From: Yuukianura sp. NJ FZ-2021
Lineage: Eukaryota
Reading direction: 5' to 3'
Length of the DNA stretch: 64,000 nucleotides
Assembly: GCA_046563655.1 (NCBI GenBank)
Contig: CM102284.1
Span: 62,001 to 126,000 of the forward strand
Shown in pieces: positions 50,751 through 62,695 of the stretch. A program made the position numbers and the translations under genes. Position 1 is the stretch's first letter; each line of letters starts with the position of its first letter. The notes beneath the pieces were generated by a model. It was not told the DNA's origin. It worked only from the letters and a program-made list of their open reading frames with translations, and did no database searches.

Positions 50751-51747
50751 ATGTCAAAGGTCAGAAGGAGAAAGAGGGATCAACAGCTAAGCAAAAGCAT
50801 TCTGTGGAAATCAACGTTCGGATCAAAAGGAACCGAATGCATGGAGACGAAAGTCGTTCAAGGGGGAGGAGTCACAGTCACTGTCAAACCATGTCTTCGC
50901 TACAGGATCATCATCATCAACAAACCCAAACTCCGCTGGCCATTACTGCCGAGTCTCATTCATTCAAACGAGGTCAACTCTTACAACTTTCGTGAGTTCA
51001 AATGAGCAGCTCAAGTATGAATTCTAAAATTCTGGTTTCACAGGTTCATGGGGTGACTTACTTCGCCGAGGGCAGCAATCTGATCTAGTCCAACAACCGC
51101 AGCGTGAACTGGATCCACTGGAAACAAAAACTGCTGCGACACAGACGGACGATACGAGTGACAACGACAAGGAGGAAGAGACGGCTTTAGACACTCTTGA
51201 GGAATACGTTACAACGATTGCTCAACTCCACCAACTCTGTTCTCACTTGAAGGAACAAATTCAGAAAGAGAGTTTAGCCAAAGACCGACGAGAAATTGAG
51301 CTTTTGACGATTGTCAAAGAGAAGGACGACATCATCGCAGCCTACGAAGCACAAGACGCTCGAATTCCAGAGCCACCGCCTGAGCAAGATGATGCTCAAC
51401 CGACGGATGTGGATTGCCTCCACTTTCTTCTACGGCAAGTCAAACATTTTTCTAACTTTAACTTTAACTTTGATTTCAATTTTGTTTTATTTTTCAGTGA
51501 CATGAGGAATCTGATGAACGTCGAGTTGGCTGAAATGAAACACCGAGTTGGTTCTCCACTCCCACATGCTCCGCTTTACGAAAAATTGCTGCTTGAAGAA
51601 GAGCAAGTTTCTCTGTTGAACGATACCGATCATGTGGTCACTGAGGCGGGGGATGCCAGAGTGACAAACCGTAATCGAGAAGTGTCAGGAAACGAAGAAC
51701 TGGACAGTTCCACTCAATACATGGACCTTCCTCAAAAACAGACTTAA
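50751..51747 (+). CDS. Unknown protein with acidic coiled-coil segment
   Basis: MSKVRRRKRD...NSYNF|RSWGDLLRR..EEETALDTLEEYVTTIAQLHQLCSHLKEQIQKESLAKDRREIELL; GT-AG intron ~50992-51043 and probable GC-AG intron 51435-51497. No family recognised. Confidence 0.6.
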
Positions 51748-52210
51748 CCATTCATCTTCTTTACAAACTTTGTCTCACGATCTCTCAATTTACAAATAAC
51801 TTTATTAGTACTCTACTTTTTCCAAAAATTCTACAATATTGTGAATCGTAGTGGGTCTATTATCAATCGAGAAATAATAGTTGTTTTATCCATTTTTCAT
51901 TACACTTTCTATCGTGTTAAATTCATTAACTTTGAAGTGTATGCGAAATGCTTTCCATTTTTGCGTACACATGACACATCCGACAATTGTGCCTGTGGGA
52001 AAAAATAGTTACTCCCTCCGGCCTCTCTGGATTCGTAACTTTAGGTACTTTTGATAATTAATGCTATGCCTGTTTTTGAATCCCCTCGTGGTGAAGTTTA
52101 GCCAACCCCCTTCCTGTTACATCATAATGAAGATTATACAGCCTATGACACATGGGCTTTTTTGGAGTGTCGCGATAATCGCACGCCGAAAATAATTTCT
52201 CAATTCTATA

Positions 52211-53099
52211 CATAGATGGGCATCCTCAAAGAGGACGTCCTCAAATCCTCTATCCTCAATCGATTCCCGATCCTCAAGTACTCTTCTACTCTATCCTCAC
52301 TCGATTTCTAGTCCTCAAATCTTCAAAACCTCATCCTCATTGGTATCCCAATCCTTAAAACCTCAAATCCTCTATCCTCAATCCCAATAATGTCCTCAAA
52401 TCCTTAAACCTCTATCCTCAATTAAGTGAAAATAACTATAAAGTTTGGTTCACCAAGTCAATTTTATTTCAGACTAATATTCAATTTAATTAACTTAACC
52501 TAACATCGTCAGGAACACCACCAGTAACTTTCTTGTAACGTAGACGGTTGATAACTTTTGCAGATGACGAAGATTCGATGTCTTGTACTTCCTCGTCATT
52601 AATCACGACAGGACCAAACTCGAGTGTTGCCTGTTTTAAGTTCGACGACATGTTGTTCACTAACTAATTTAAATTAGATACACACCACTTCAGACTATAC
52701 TATTGGCAGTGGCAGCTGATGATACAAAAGAATAATAGTGAAGAGAAGAAATAGGATCAAAGCTCATGCTCAACTTTGAAACAACCGCGGTTGTTAGCGG
52801 GATGTCTCATTTGACTCAATTTGCTAGGAATTGCGAAATTGAGGAGTGCTCAAATACTCAATCCTCAAGTAAATTTGAATCCTCAACTACTCTAATCCTC
52901 TATCCTCACTTCATACTGTATCCTTAAATACTCAAAACCTCTATCCTCATTCAAAGTCCATCCTCAAAACTTCAATCCTCTATACTCTTCCCGGCCATCG
53001 GTCCTCAAATCCTCTATACTCAATCCTCATCCAAAATCGTGTCCTCTTTGAGGATTTCGTCCTCTTTGAGGATTTTTTGAGTGAGGACGCCCATCTATG
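52211..53099. mobile_element. hAT-like internally deleted element, 889 bp
   Basis: TIR CATAGATGGGCRTCCTCA; 8-bp TSD ATTCTATA (52203-52210 and 53100-53107); dense subterminal ATCCTCA motifs at both ends. Confidence 0.88.
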
Positions 53100-53540
53100 A
53101 TTCTATACAAATATGGAAAATGTAGGATGTCTGAACACAAATTGAACTCATGTAGGTTCAATTTCAATAAATCGTTTAACTAATAGCTGAATTCAAGAAC
53201 TAATTACGTTATGAATTAAGTTTTAATAAAGTAATTAGTCATTAACAATTATTGGCGTTTCGCCTCACGTACCATTTTTTGTGTATGCGTCAGAAACTGC
53301 ATGAATCTGTTCCAGTTTCAGCTGCCACCCAAAAATTCTGAAATCCACTCACTTCTCTGGTTGCTCTGCACTTGACTATCTCTCGTCATCGGGTCATCTG
53401 ATTGCCACCACTTCAAAAGGTCAGAAACGTGGAGAGTAGAGGTCAAGGTCACCCTCTGTCGATTACTTTACTGACAGTAATACTATTTAGCTTAATTTTC
53501 ACAACTAATTGGAGATCTGTCTTTCTTTTTGTAGGTCACC

Positions 53541-54642
53541 ATGTACTCAGCACTTGCGCGTCGGTCGCCTCAGATCTTGTCATCAATTAGCAGAAACTTC
53601 TCTACCACACCTTGCGTAGACACGAAAGTTGCCGTTCTTGGAGCCGCTGGAGGAATTGGCCAACCCTTGTCCCTGCTTCTGAAGCATTCGCAAATCATTA
53701 CTGAGCTGTCTGTCTTTGATATCGTGAATACCCCCGGAGTTGCAGCGGATCTGAGTCACATCGAGACGAAATGTCACGTCAAAGGGTACGTCGGAAAGGA
53801 ACAACTCGGAGATGCTCTCAAGGGATGCGATGTCGTTATCATACCTGCAGGAGTACCAAGGAAACCCGGAATGACAAGAGATGATCTATTCAACACCAAT
53901 GCATCCATCGTTCGAGACTTGGCTACGGCATGTGCTGACGTTTGTCCCAAAGCCATTCTGGGAATTATCTCCAACCCCGTCAACAGTACAGTACCAATTG
54001 CTTCTGAAGTTTTCAAGAAGGCTGGAGTGTATGACCCCAAGAGGATCTTTGGTGTCTCGACGCTTGATGTTGTACGTGCAAATACTTTCATCGCAGAAGC
54101 CAAGGGCCTGGATCCAGCTGAGGTCAACTGTCCAGTCATTGGAGGTCACTCAGGAGTTACAATTATCCGTAAGTTAACATTTCAATTCAGGAATTTACTA
54201 CTAAATCTTACACTAAATCTTATACTAGTCGTAATTTGTATTTCCAGCCCTCATTTCCCAGTGCAAACCTGCAGTTCAGTTCTCTCCCACTGAACTGAAG
54301 GCAATGACGGAGAGAATCCAGGAGGCTGGAACAGAAGTGGTCAAAGCGAAGGCTGGCGCTGGATCTGCTACGCTGTCAATGGCTTACGCTGGAGCTCGCT
54401 TTACGTTCTCCGTTCTACGAGCCATCAAGGGCGAACAGGGAGTTGTGGAATGTGCTTACGTCAAATCAGATGTAACGGAAGCATCATACTTTGCAACTCC
54501 AATCATCATCGGTCCTGGTGGTTTGGAGAAGAACCTGGGTCTAGGAAAACTAAGCTCATTTGAACAGGAACTTCTGCAGAAAGCACTGCCAGAATTGAAG
54601 AAGAACATTCAAACCGGGGAGGATTTTATTCACAAAAAGTAA
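53541..54642 (+). CDS. MDH2: Mitochondrial malate dehydrogenase
   Basis: Presequence, then [85 protein letters not shown]; one coding intron at 54169-54247. Confidence 0.99.
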
Positions 54643-54849
54643 AATAGTGACATTCAAATTGTGAATATTGTAAACTTTGTAAATGAAATATAGTGATCAG
54701 TAAGTGTTGGGGACGTGTTAACAACTTAACGATTTCCATTTCTTTTAGTGTAACTGATTCATGTTTCCTCCTTTGGTAATCGATTAATTAATCTGGCTTT
54801 GAATTAAATTACTAATTAAATTACAGCCGCATGTAATGTTAGGTAATGT

Positions 54850-56070
54850 GAAGCATCTAAGCAGTAAGCACCAAATAATTAATGCTTTTCAAATTGTAAT
54901 TAGATTAATTAAAACCATGGATCTTAATTGCATAGTTTAAAGCTTAACAACTTCTTTCCTTTTGTATTTTTCCAGGCGCCCAACTATGACGAGAGGAGGC
55001 AGTGAAGTGTAGAAACCTGTTTGTTGGATTTATTAATTTTTAAAAATTTCAAATTGAGCAGTTGGCGTTGGCGCCTTTACTCAAGAAGAGCGTCATGTCT
55101 TCTTATGAACATCAAAAATACTTTGGAGAAAGTTGATTCGTCATTTTGCAAATTGCAAGCAACTTTAGGTTATGTTAGGCTAAACTTAAAATGCCGGTTG
55201 ACCAGATTTAAACAAGTGTATTGCATGTCTCTCCACCAGAAGAAACACTTACTTCAGTAATAACTCCATTGTAAGCCTTGTTTTCATTTAAAAATTCCAT
55301 TTTCAAACGAAAACAAAAATTAGAAAGAAAGCTGGTGAAAGTAAGGCGAAGAAAGTGAAATTGGAAAGCATTTGAACGTTGAAGTTTGTCTGGACGAGCG
55401 AAAATTGATTTAGAGTTTGTGTTTTTAGAGTGGACAAAACTCAAAATGAAACTGAAAGTGGAGCCAACTCCTGAGAAGTCTCCCTGTTCTCAAGAACTTT
55501 CTGTGTTTTTCACACTCCAGAAATTGTAGTTTTCCTTACGAAATGCTGAAGGAAAAGCATGACAAATGACTTTTTACACAATAAAATTAAGTAAAACTGT
55601 CTTTCTTGTCTCTTCACATGAAAAAACAATAATTTCAGCATTTATTGGCCTTTTTAGCCTTGTTTTCGGTTAAATGACCTGGAAAATGCATTTTTTAACA
55701 TTCATAAGAAAAAGACAAAGAAAGTTTAGGGAAAGGATGCAAAAGAAGTGAAATTGAGCAGCTTTTGGTACTTTCACTTGGATTTAAAAGCGAAACTGCA
55801 TGGGGAGTTTGGTGTTCAAAAACCAAAATAAAACTGAAGTGGAATGAATTCCAATGGATTCTGCCTGTTCTGTGGAACTTTCTCCGGTTTTCCACAAAAT
55901 GTTTTGTTTTCGGGGGTTTGGAGTTGGGATGGTCCCCACATGCATTTGTGCTATTGCCACCCACTCTCTCCCCCAACATCCAACTCCAAAAGAGTAAAAC
56001 ACTCCTTCGTTCTACTCTTTTCGTCTCTCATATAAAAGGGAAGCTCAACCAATCTATTCTTCTCATTCAC
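54850..56070 (+). repeat. Unclassified dispersed repeat, copy C (homology ends at the Inr-like site)
   Basis: Aligns with copy A ~38250-39465; TATA at 56031, TCATTC with A at 56065; unrelated sequence follows. Confidence 0.9.
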
Positions 56071-56245
56071 TTTTGTGATCTCGTCCGAGATGAAGGCAGG
56101 GAAAACACAGTTTCCTTATGTAAACAGACAGCATCTGCTTCTTCTGTACTTATTTTTAATTGTCATCTTTAATTAACTCTTCTTGTAGTTAATTAATCGA
56201 TTGAAATGATTCAAAAAATGAATTTTGAAATTGTGAAAAGAAGAT

Positions 56246-56406
56246 GTTGGGGGATTGGAGTTGGGATGGTCCCTGCATGCATTTTTTCCATTGCCACCCA
56301 CTCCCTCCCCCAACATCCAACTCCAAAAGAGTAAAATCCAAAGGAATCCTACTCCTTCCAGCTTCATATAAAAGGGAAGCTCACACAATTCCTCTCCTTC
56401 ACTCAC
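56246..56406 (+). promoter_or_regulatory. Fragment C' of the dispersed repeat: only the TATA-Inr proximal ~160 bp
   Basis: Nearly identical to ~39305-39445; TATAAAA at 56367, TCACTC with A at 56401; followed by exon-like sequence with donors at ~56599, 56712 and 57034. Promoter activity is inferred. Confidence 0.55.
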
Positions 56407-57679
56407 GTCTCTGTCTTGGACGTGGAGAGGAAGTGTTTGAGAGATGGCGCTGCAGAGGGAGGGTGACGGGTGTTGTGTAGGGCTTTTAGTGCAACCGGCG
56501 TCTCCTTCATTTGCATTTTCTCCCTCCTTCCTGCCGCATTCGTCTCCTCTTCGTCGTCACTTTTGTTCCTCTGTCTTCAGCTGTATCCTCTCCCGCAAGT
56601 AAAGTGTCCGTTACTTTAATTTAAGTTTAATTAACGTTCATCGATTAACCATTGTTGTTAGTTAGTAGTTGTTACTCATAATCTCATGACCATACAAGGT
56701 GTCAACTACAGGTAAGAACAACTAACAACTAAAGGAACCAAAAGTCATAAGGTCTAACGGTCAATGTTTGTTGCTTTGTTTTAGTTGGGACTTAGGAATG
56801 GGGTTTTCTAAAAATGGACACCCACATCATCACCTTCCAAATCGGCATCACCTCTTCCAAATCTCTTGATCCTGCATCTCAATTCTCCATTTCAGTCGTC
56901 GTTCCTCTTGTGCAAACTTTGGCAACGAAGCATTCCCACCTCTCCATTTCTACTACTTCAATCGTTGCTCAAGTACTTCGAAGGTAGGACGCGAAGCACT
57001 TTTCACATTCCACTTTCCACATTTTGATAACAAGGTAAGGAACAGTCTTTTTCATTACTCCTAGTTGGCATTTAGTCATTTGTTTGGGCTTCAATTGGTC
57101 ATAATGAGAACCGTTGAGGTCAAACGTAGTTCAAAGGTCAGGTCACTTGAACAAACGTAATTCGGAAGGGAGGGACTTTACCGGGGTTCAATCCTTACAT
57201 GAGGTGCTAAAAATGGAATTGAGATGCTAGGAAGATAAAAATGGCCCAACATTTGCCATCTTTGTATCTGTCAGTGTTTATATTCCATCTTCATTTCTTA
57301 GACTCAATTCAGTTCCAGTGCTGGGTGACACTGGCTTCATTTACCTCACTTACGCTTCAAAGATCTTTAGCTAAGAGATTCTTCTCAAAACAACCCACGA
57401 ATTCCACAGCATCTCAATTCCAAAGTTATTTTATGATTCTGATCCCACGTTATTTTTGTTTTGGTTTTAGATAAGTGGCAAGATGCTTAAGACTTCTATT
57501 TTTGCCTAAGTATTTTAAAGTTCAACTGAAGTTATGTACTACTTTTGTTTTTGTTTAGAAGGAGTAGTGTGGCTATGGTGGACTCTGCCTCACTATTTTT
57601 AGCTCAGCCGTAGGGACTAGTCGGGAGTAGTATTCGGGAGGGGAAATAGTTTAAAAATGACCAAATATCAGAAACGGTT

Positions 57680-58012
57680 TGGTTTTTGAATTTTTAGGGG
57701 GATTTAAAAAGTTCTTTTAAAAACAACTTTTCTCTAGAAACACTTTTTCAAAAAAAAATTTAAATTACTTCTCAAACGTTGCTTTTTGAATTTTTAGTGG
57801 GGGATTTTAAAAGTTCCTTGAAAAACAACTTTTCTCTAGAAAAACTTTTTGTTTAAATTTAAATTACTTCTCAAACGTTGCTTTTTGAATTTTTAGTGGG
57901 GGATTTAAAAAGTTCTTTTAAGAACAACTTTTCTCTAGGAAAACTTGTTTTTAAATTTTAAATTATTTCTCAAACGTTGCTTTTTGTATTTTCAGTGGGG
58001 GATTTTAAAAGT
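57680..58012. repeat. 99-bp tandem repeat, ~3.3 copies
   Basis: CTCAAACGTTGC recurs at 57771, 57870 and 57969. Confidence 0.9.
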
Positions 58013-58039
58013 TCTATCCTTTCATATATTTAATCCTTA

Positions 58040-58995
58040 CTTTTAAGCTTCAATCCTTCGCAACTTTCTATCCTTTTAACCATTAAATTCTTAGTTGTAA
58101 GCTTCGAATCCTTCGCAACTTTCTATCTCTTTAACCATTAAATTCTTAGTTCTAAGCTTCGAATCTTTCGCCACTTTTTATCTTTTTAACCACTAAATTT
58201 TTAGTTCTAAGCTTCGAATCCTTCGCCAGTTTCTATCTTTTTAACTATGAAATTCTTAGTTCCAAGCTTCGAATCCTTCGCCACTTTCTATCTTTTAACC
58301 ACTAAATTTTTAGTTCTAGGCTTCGAATCCTTCGCCACTTTCTATCTTTTTAACCATTAAATTCTTAGTTCTAAGCTTCGAATCCTTCGCCACTTTCTAT
58401 CCTTTTAACCATTAAATTCTTAGTTGTAAGCTTCGAATCCTTCGCAACTTTCTATCTCTTTAACCATTAAATTCTTAGTTCTAAGCTTCGAATCTTTCGC
58501 CACTTTTTATCTTTTTAACCACGAAATTTCTAGTTCTAAGCTTCGAATCCTTCGCCAGTTTCTATCTTTTTAACTATGAAATTCTTAGTTCTAAGCTTCG
58601 AATCCTTCGCCACTTTCTATCTTTTAACCACTAAATTTTTAGTTCTAGGCTTCGAATCCTTCGCCACTTTCTATCTTTTTAACCATTAAATTCTTGGTTC
58701 TAAGCTTCGAATCCTTCGCAACTTTCTATCCTTTTAACCATTAAATTCTTAGTTCTAAGCTTCGAATCCTTCGCAACTTTCTATCCTTTTAACCATTAAA
58801 TTCTTAGTTCTAAGCTTCGAATCCTTCGCAACTTTCTATCCTTTTAACCATTAAATTCTTAGTTCTAAGCTTCGAATCCTTCGCAACTTTCTATCCTTTT
58901 AACCATTAAATTCTTAGTTAGTTCTAAACTTCGAATCCTTCGCCACTTTCTATCTTTTTAACCATTAAATTCTTAGTTCTAAGCTTCGAATCCTT
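58040..58995. repeat. 55-bp tandem repeat, ~17 copies
   Basis: AAGCTTCGAATCCTTCGCAACTTTCTATCCTTTTAACCATTAAATTCTTAGTTCT; starts at 58099, 58154, 58209 and onward. Confidence 0.97.
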
Positions 58996-58999
58996 AAAG

Positions 59000-59437
59000 G
59001 TATAAATTTACGTTCAGAGACAAATGTTTTAAAGAGTTTATTATTCTCTGTTAAGGCATAAATACGCATTCAGAGAGAAATTTTTTAAAGAATTTATTAT
59101 TCTCTGTTAAGGCATAAATACGCATTCAGAGAGAAATTTTTTAAAGAATTTATTATTCTCTGTTAAGGCATAAATACGCATTCAGAGAGAAATTTTTTAA
59201 AGAATTTATTATTCTCTGTTAAGGCATAAATACGCATTCAGAGAGAAATTTTTTAAAGAATTTATTATTCTCTGTTAAGGTGTAAATTCACATTCGGAGA
59301 GAAATTTTTTAAAGAATTTATTATTCTCTGTTAAGGTGTAAATTCACATTCGGAGAGAAATTTTTTAAAGAATTTATTATTCTCTGTTAAGGTGTAAATT
59401 CACATTCGGAGACACATTTTTTAAAAAGTTTATTATT
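59000..59437. repeat. 56-bp tandem repeat, ~7.5 copies
   Basis: TTATTCTCTGTTAAGGCATAAATACGCATTCAGAGAGAAATTTTTTAAAGAATTTA; starts at 59041, 59097 and onward. Confidence 0.97.
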
Positions 59438-60365
59438 TAGTTTGTCGATATTTAAGTGACGGAGTTTTTTCGTTTGTGATATTTGGTCATTTTCTGCACT
59501 TTTCTCAAATTGCTCTATAGCCCGACCCCACAAAACAATTATTAGAATTTTTCCAAAGAAATTCGAACATTGAGTACGCAATATTAGGGGTGGAAATACA
59601 AGGTTAGGCACTACCTAGTACTGCGCACTTAACGTTCGATATTCGATGTTCGAGTATTCTATTTTCCATCGAAATTTTTGTCGTGGGTATTTTTTCGATA
59701 TTTTAGTGATTGGCTTTTTTCGTTTCTGATATTTGGTCATTTTGAAGTTTTTCTCCCTCTCTAATACTGCGCCCGACAAGTCCCTACGGCTGAGCTAAAA
59801 ATAGTGAGGCTGAGTTCCTGCCACCCACACTACCGACGGTGCTGCGATGAGTATTGGGAAGAGGTGCAGTTGCGGAAGTGAAGATGCGATGAAGTGGCCT
59901 GACAGTGAAGCAGTGGCCAACTTCCGGAAGAAGAAGGATGAACTGGAGGTGTACATGGAGAGAATGAAGGAAGTCAAATGTAAGTCAATAATGTTCAGTA
60001 TTCTTTAAAGAGCATCTTTGGTTGATTGACAGTTCCGGGTGTGGTGAGTGCTTGATTGATTGATTCCTCCTCAATGTGTCTTTGGCCCTGTCACTATTTG
60101 TGACAATATTTCCCTAGCTTTGAAAGGTTACAAAGAGTAGTGTTGAGATACGATTTGTAGTATTGAAGATCCAAAACTTTTCTTGGTCCCTCCCCCCTTT
60201 ATATTTTTGAACAGGAGTCGAAAGATTCGTAGAGAGGAGGAGACTTGGCTTGGCATTAATAAGCCAATTCTTGATTGAATCCCATTTAAGTTTACTCAAA
60301 AGTTATTTAGTTGTAAAACTATAAAAGTTAATTATAATCAACTAAACTGGTCGTGTATAGTTAGG

Positions 60366-62458
60366 ATGGATTTAATAACGTCCAAGAATATCCCACGTTC
60401 CGCAACTGGTAATGGCAATTCCAATTTTGAATGAACGTCTTTAAGTAAAGACGTTTACATGATACGAATTACTAATTACATTTTAATTAATTTTTTTTGC
60501 TAAAGGGAGTCAACAGCCATCGAAATTTGGAGGGTACGTCGCAGGTCAGACAAGGAAAGGATCCCGAACTCCAGATCAAAACAATGTCAGACCCGTAACT
60601 CTTCTTGGAAGGTGCTCTCATTTGGATACGTTCAAGAGGTCACCTCAGTTGACCTCTTACCTCAAAGTCCACTCTACTTTTGTTTTTCCTCAAACAGACA
60701 AGGAATACGAACTGAAGGGAATCTACGGAAGATGTGTCTCTTGTGATACCGTTGTCGGAACTCATCTCTGTCTCAGATGTACTTTCATTGGATGTGTCAA
60801 GGGAGGGCACTTGAAGGAACACTTCGAAAGTACTGGACACGAACTAGGTACTTAACTCACTCCTTCCTAAACGTAATTATGTCTGATTGTCGATTGCTTC
60901 CTTTTTAGCCTCCAACTTGTCAAATGGATCCATCTACTGCTTCAACTGCTCAGACATATTTGTTGATCGACTGTTCTCTCGTCCACCGAGGTCCAGGCAG
61001 TATGAATTGACTCCTAATCCGGTCACACCGGTCCACAGGAAGTCAAAGGCTGCAGCCATTTACCGTCGTACGTTTAGCAAAACTTCTGTGACCTCTCCTC
61101 AGTCTATTCTTGGTCTACGAGGACTCATAAACCTGGGCCACACTTGTTTCATGAGCTCCATCGTCCAGGCACTCATTCACACACCCATTCTACGTAATTC
61201 TTATCAAGTGAAATCAACTGCTCAGAAAAACATGACATCGGGAAGAGGAAACCCTGCATTGTCAGTTTGGTTGCGGATCTATACCAAGAGGTTTGTAAAG
61301 TTACTGAAAATGAGACCACAGTTCTCTCTTTTCTCATTAGCTCATTAATCTCATTAATCATGTGAAACTAATCCTGCTTTTGGTAACAGTTTTACAGTGG
61401 AAAGAAGACGGCGATGAGTTTGCATGATTTGCTGTTCAAGATTTGGCCAATGCTTCTCATTTGGCTGGTTACGAGCAACAAGATGCCCATGAATTCTTCA
61501 TCGCCATGCTAGATGCTCTTCATCTGCATTTCCATGCTCCTGATCTTAGAGGAATCTGTAACTGTGTCATCGATCTCGATCTCATCTTCCTGGGCAAACT
61601 GGAATCAGCTGTTACTTGCATCAGTTGTGGGTAACTCTCCTATAAATAGCAGCACTACAGCATTTAATTGAAATTGATTCAGTTAAACCGTTTTTTTTTC
61701 GTTCTATGTAACCAGTCACAAGTCCATCACTGTTGATCCATTCTGGGATACTTCACTTGACTTAATGACAGATGACCCTGGAGTAACATTGACCCTGAGT
61801 GATTGCCTCACGCGCTACACGATAGTGGAGCACTTGGGCTCCACTGCAAAGATTTGGTGTACAAAATGCAACAGCAACCAGGAATCAACGAAACAACTCA
61901 AGTTCAAATCCCTTCCGATGGTTCTCTGTCTCCACCTCAAGGTAATTTATTACTAATTACTTTTGTAATTACTTTCAGTTCCAGTATACTAACAAAGTAT
62001 TTTTTGTTTTGCAGCGGTTTGAGCACAGGACGAGCTATAAGAAGATTGACACGAGAGTGGAATTTCCCGAGCATCTGTCAATGTATGACTACACCTCGGA
62101 CTCTGCCATCCAGGAAGAACCAGGCTCCAACCTCCGATCCAGTGGCAACAGACTAAGTGCCAAGTAAGTACTTTTTTACAAGTTTTTCAACTTTACAAGT
62201 TTCAAGTTTAAGTTGAGACTCCTAACCTAGCTTTTTGTGACAGATATGTGCTGTATGCAGTGGTAAACCACGTGGGTTCGCTGGAAGGCGGTCACTATTT
62301 TACTTACATTCTGCACGCAGGGAGGACTTGGTACAAATGTGACGACCACTGGGTCACTATCGTCCATCAGTCAGAACTCAGAAGTACTCGCCAGTCCAGG
62401 ATACTTGCTCTTCTACCACAAACAACTCTTCTCAAAACCCATTTCCATCTCACAATAA
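60366..62458 (+). pseudogene. USP22: USP22/nonstop-like ubiquitin-specific protease (ZnF-UBP + USP), intron-containing, three frameshifts
   Basis: ZnF-UBP ([34 protein letters not shown]); Cys box [53 protein letters not shown]; His box HVGSLEGGHY; WYKCDD; GYLLFYHK. Frame breaks near 61198, 61445 and 62371-62383. Confidence 0.85.
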
Positions 62459-62695
62459 ACCAATTGACTAATTCAGATTAATCGATTAACGATTAGGGTA
62501 GTTAAAAGTCAAGTTCAGAGGCTCATTGAGTTGAACACTCCCATTCAAAGGCACTGACGCGGAGTTAAAGGGACTCTTTTTATGACAAAAAAAGCAAAAC
62601 AAGTTTGTTGATTTTTTTCAACTTTCTAAATAATTTGTCGATGATGAAGTCACTTTTGATTTTTAGAGTATCTTATAATTAAATCTGTAAAAATG

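Larger units (their letters stand above)
57582..59815. mobile_element. Non-autonomous TIR element (~2.2 kb) filled with tandem arrays; superfamily unassigned
   Basis: 39-bp TIR GCCTCACTATTTTTAGCTCAGCCGTAGGGACTWGTCGGG at 57587-57625 and 59772-59810 (1 mismatch, extendable by ~5 bp); no clear TSD. Confidence 0.8.
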
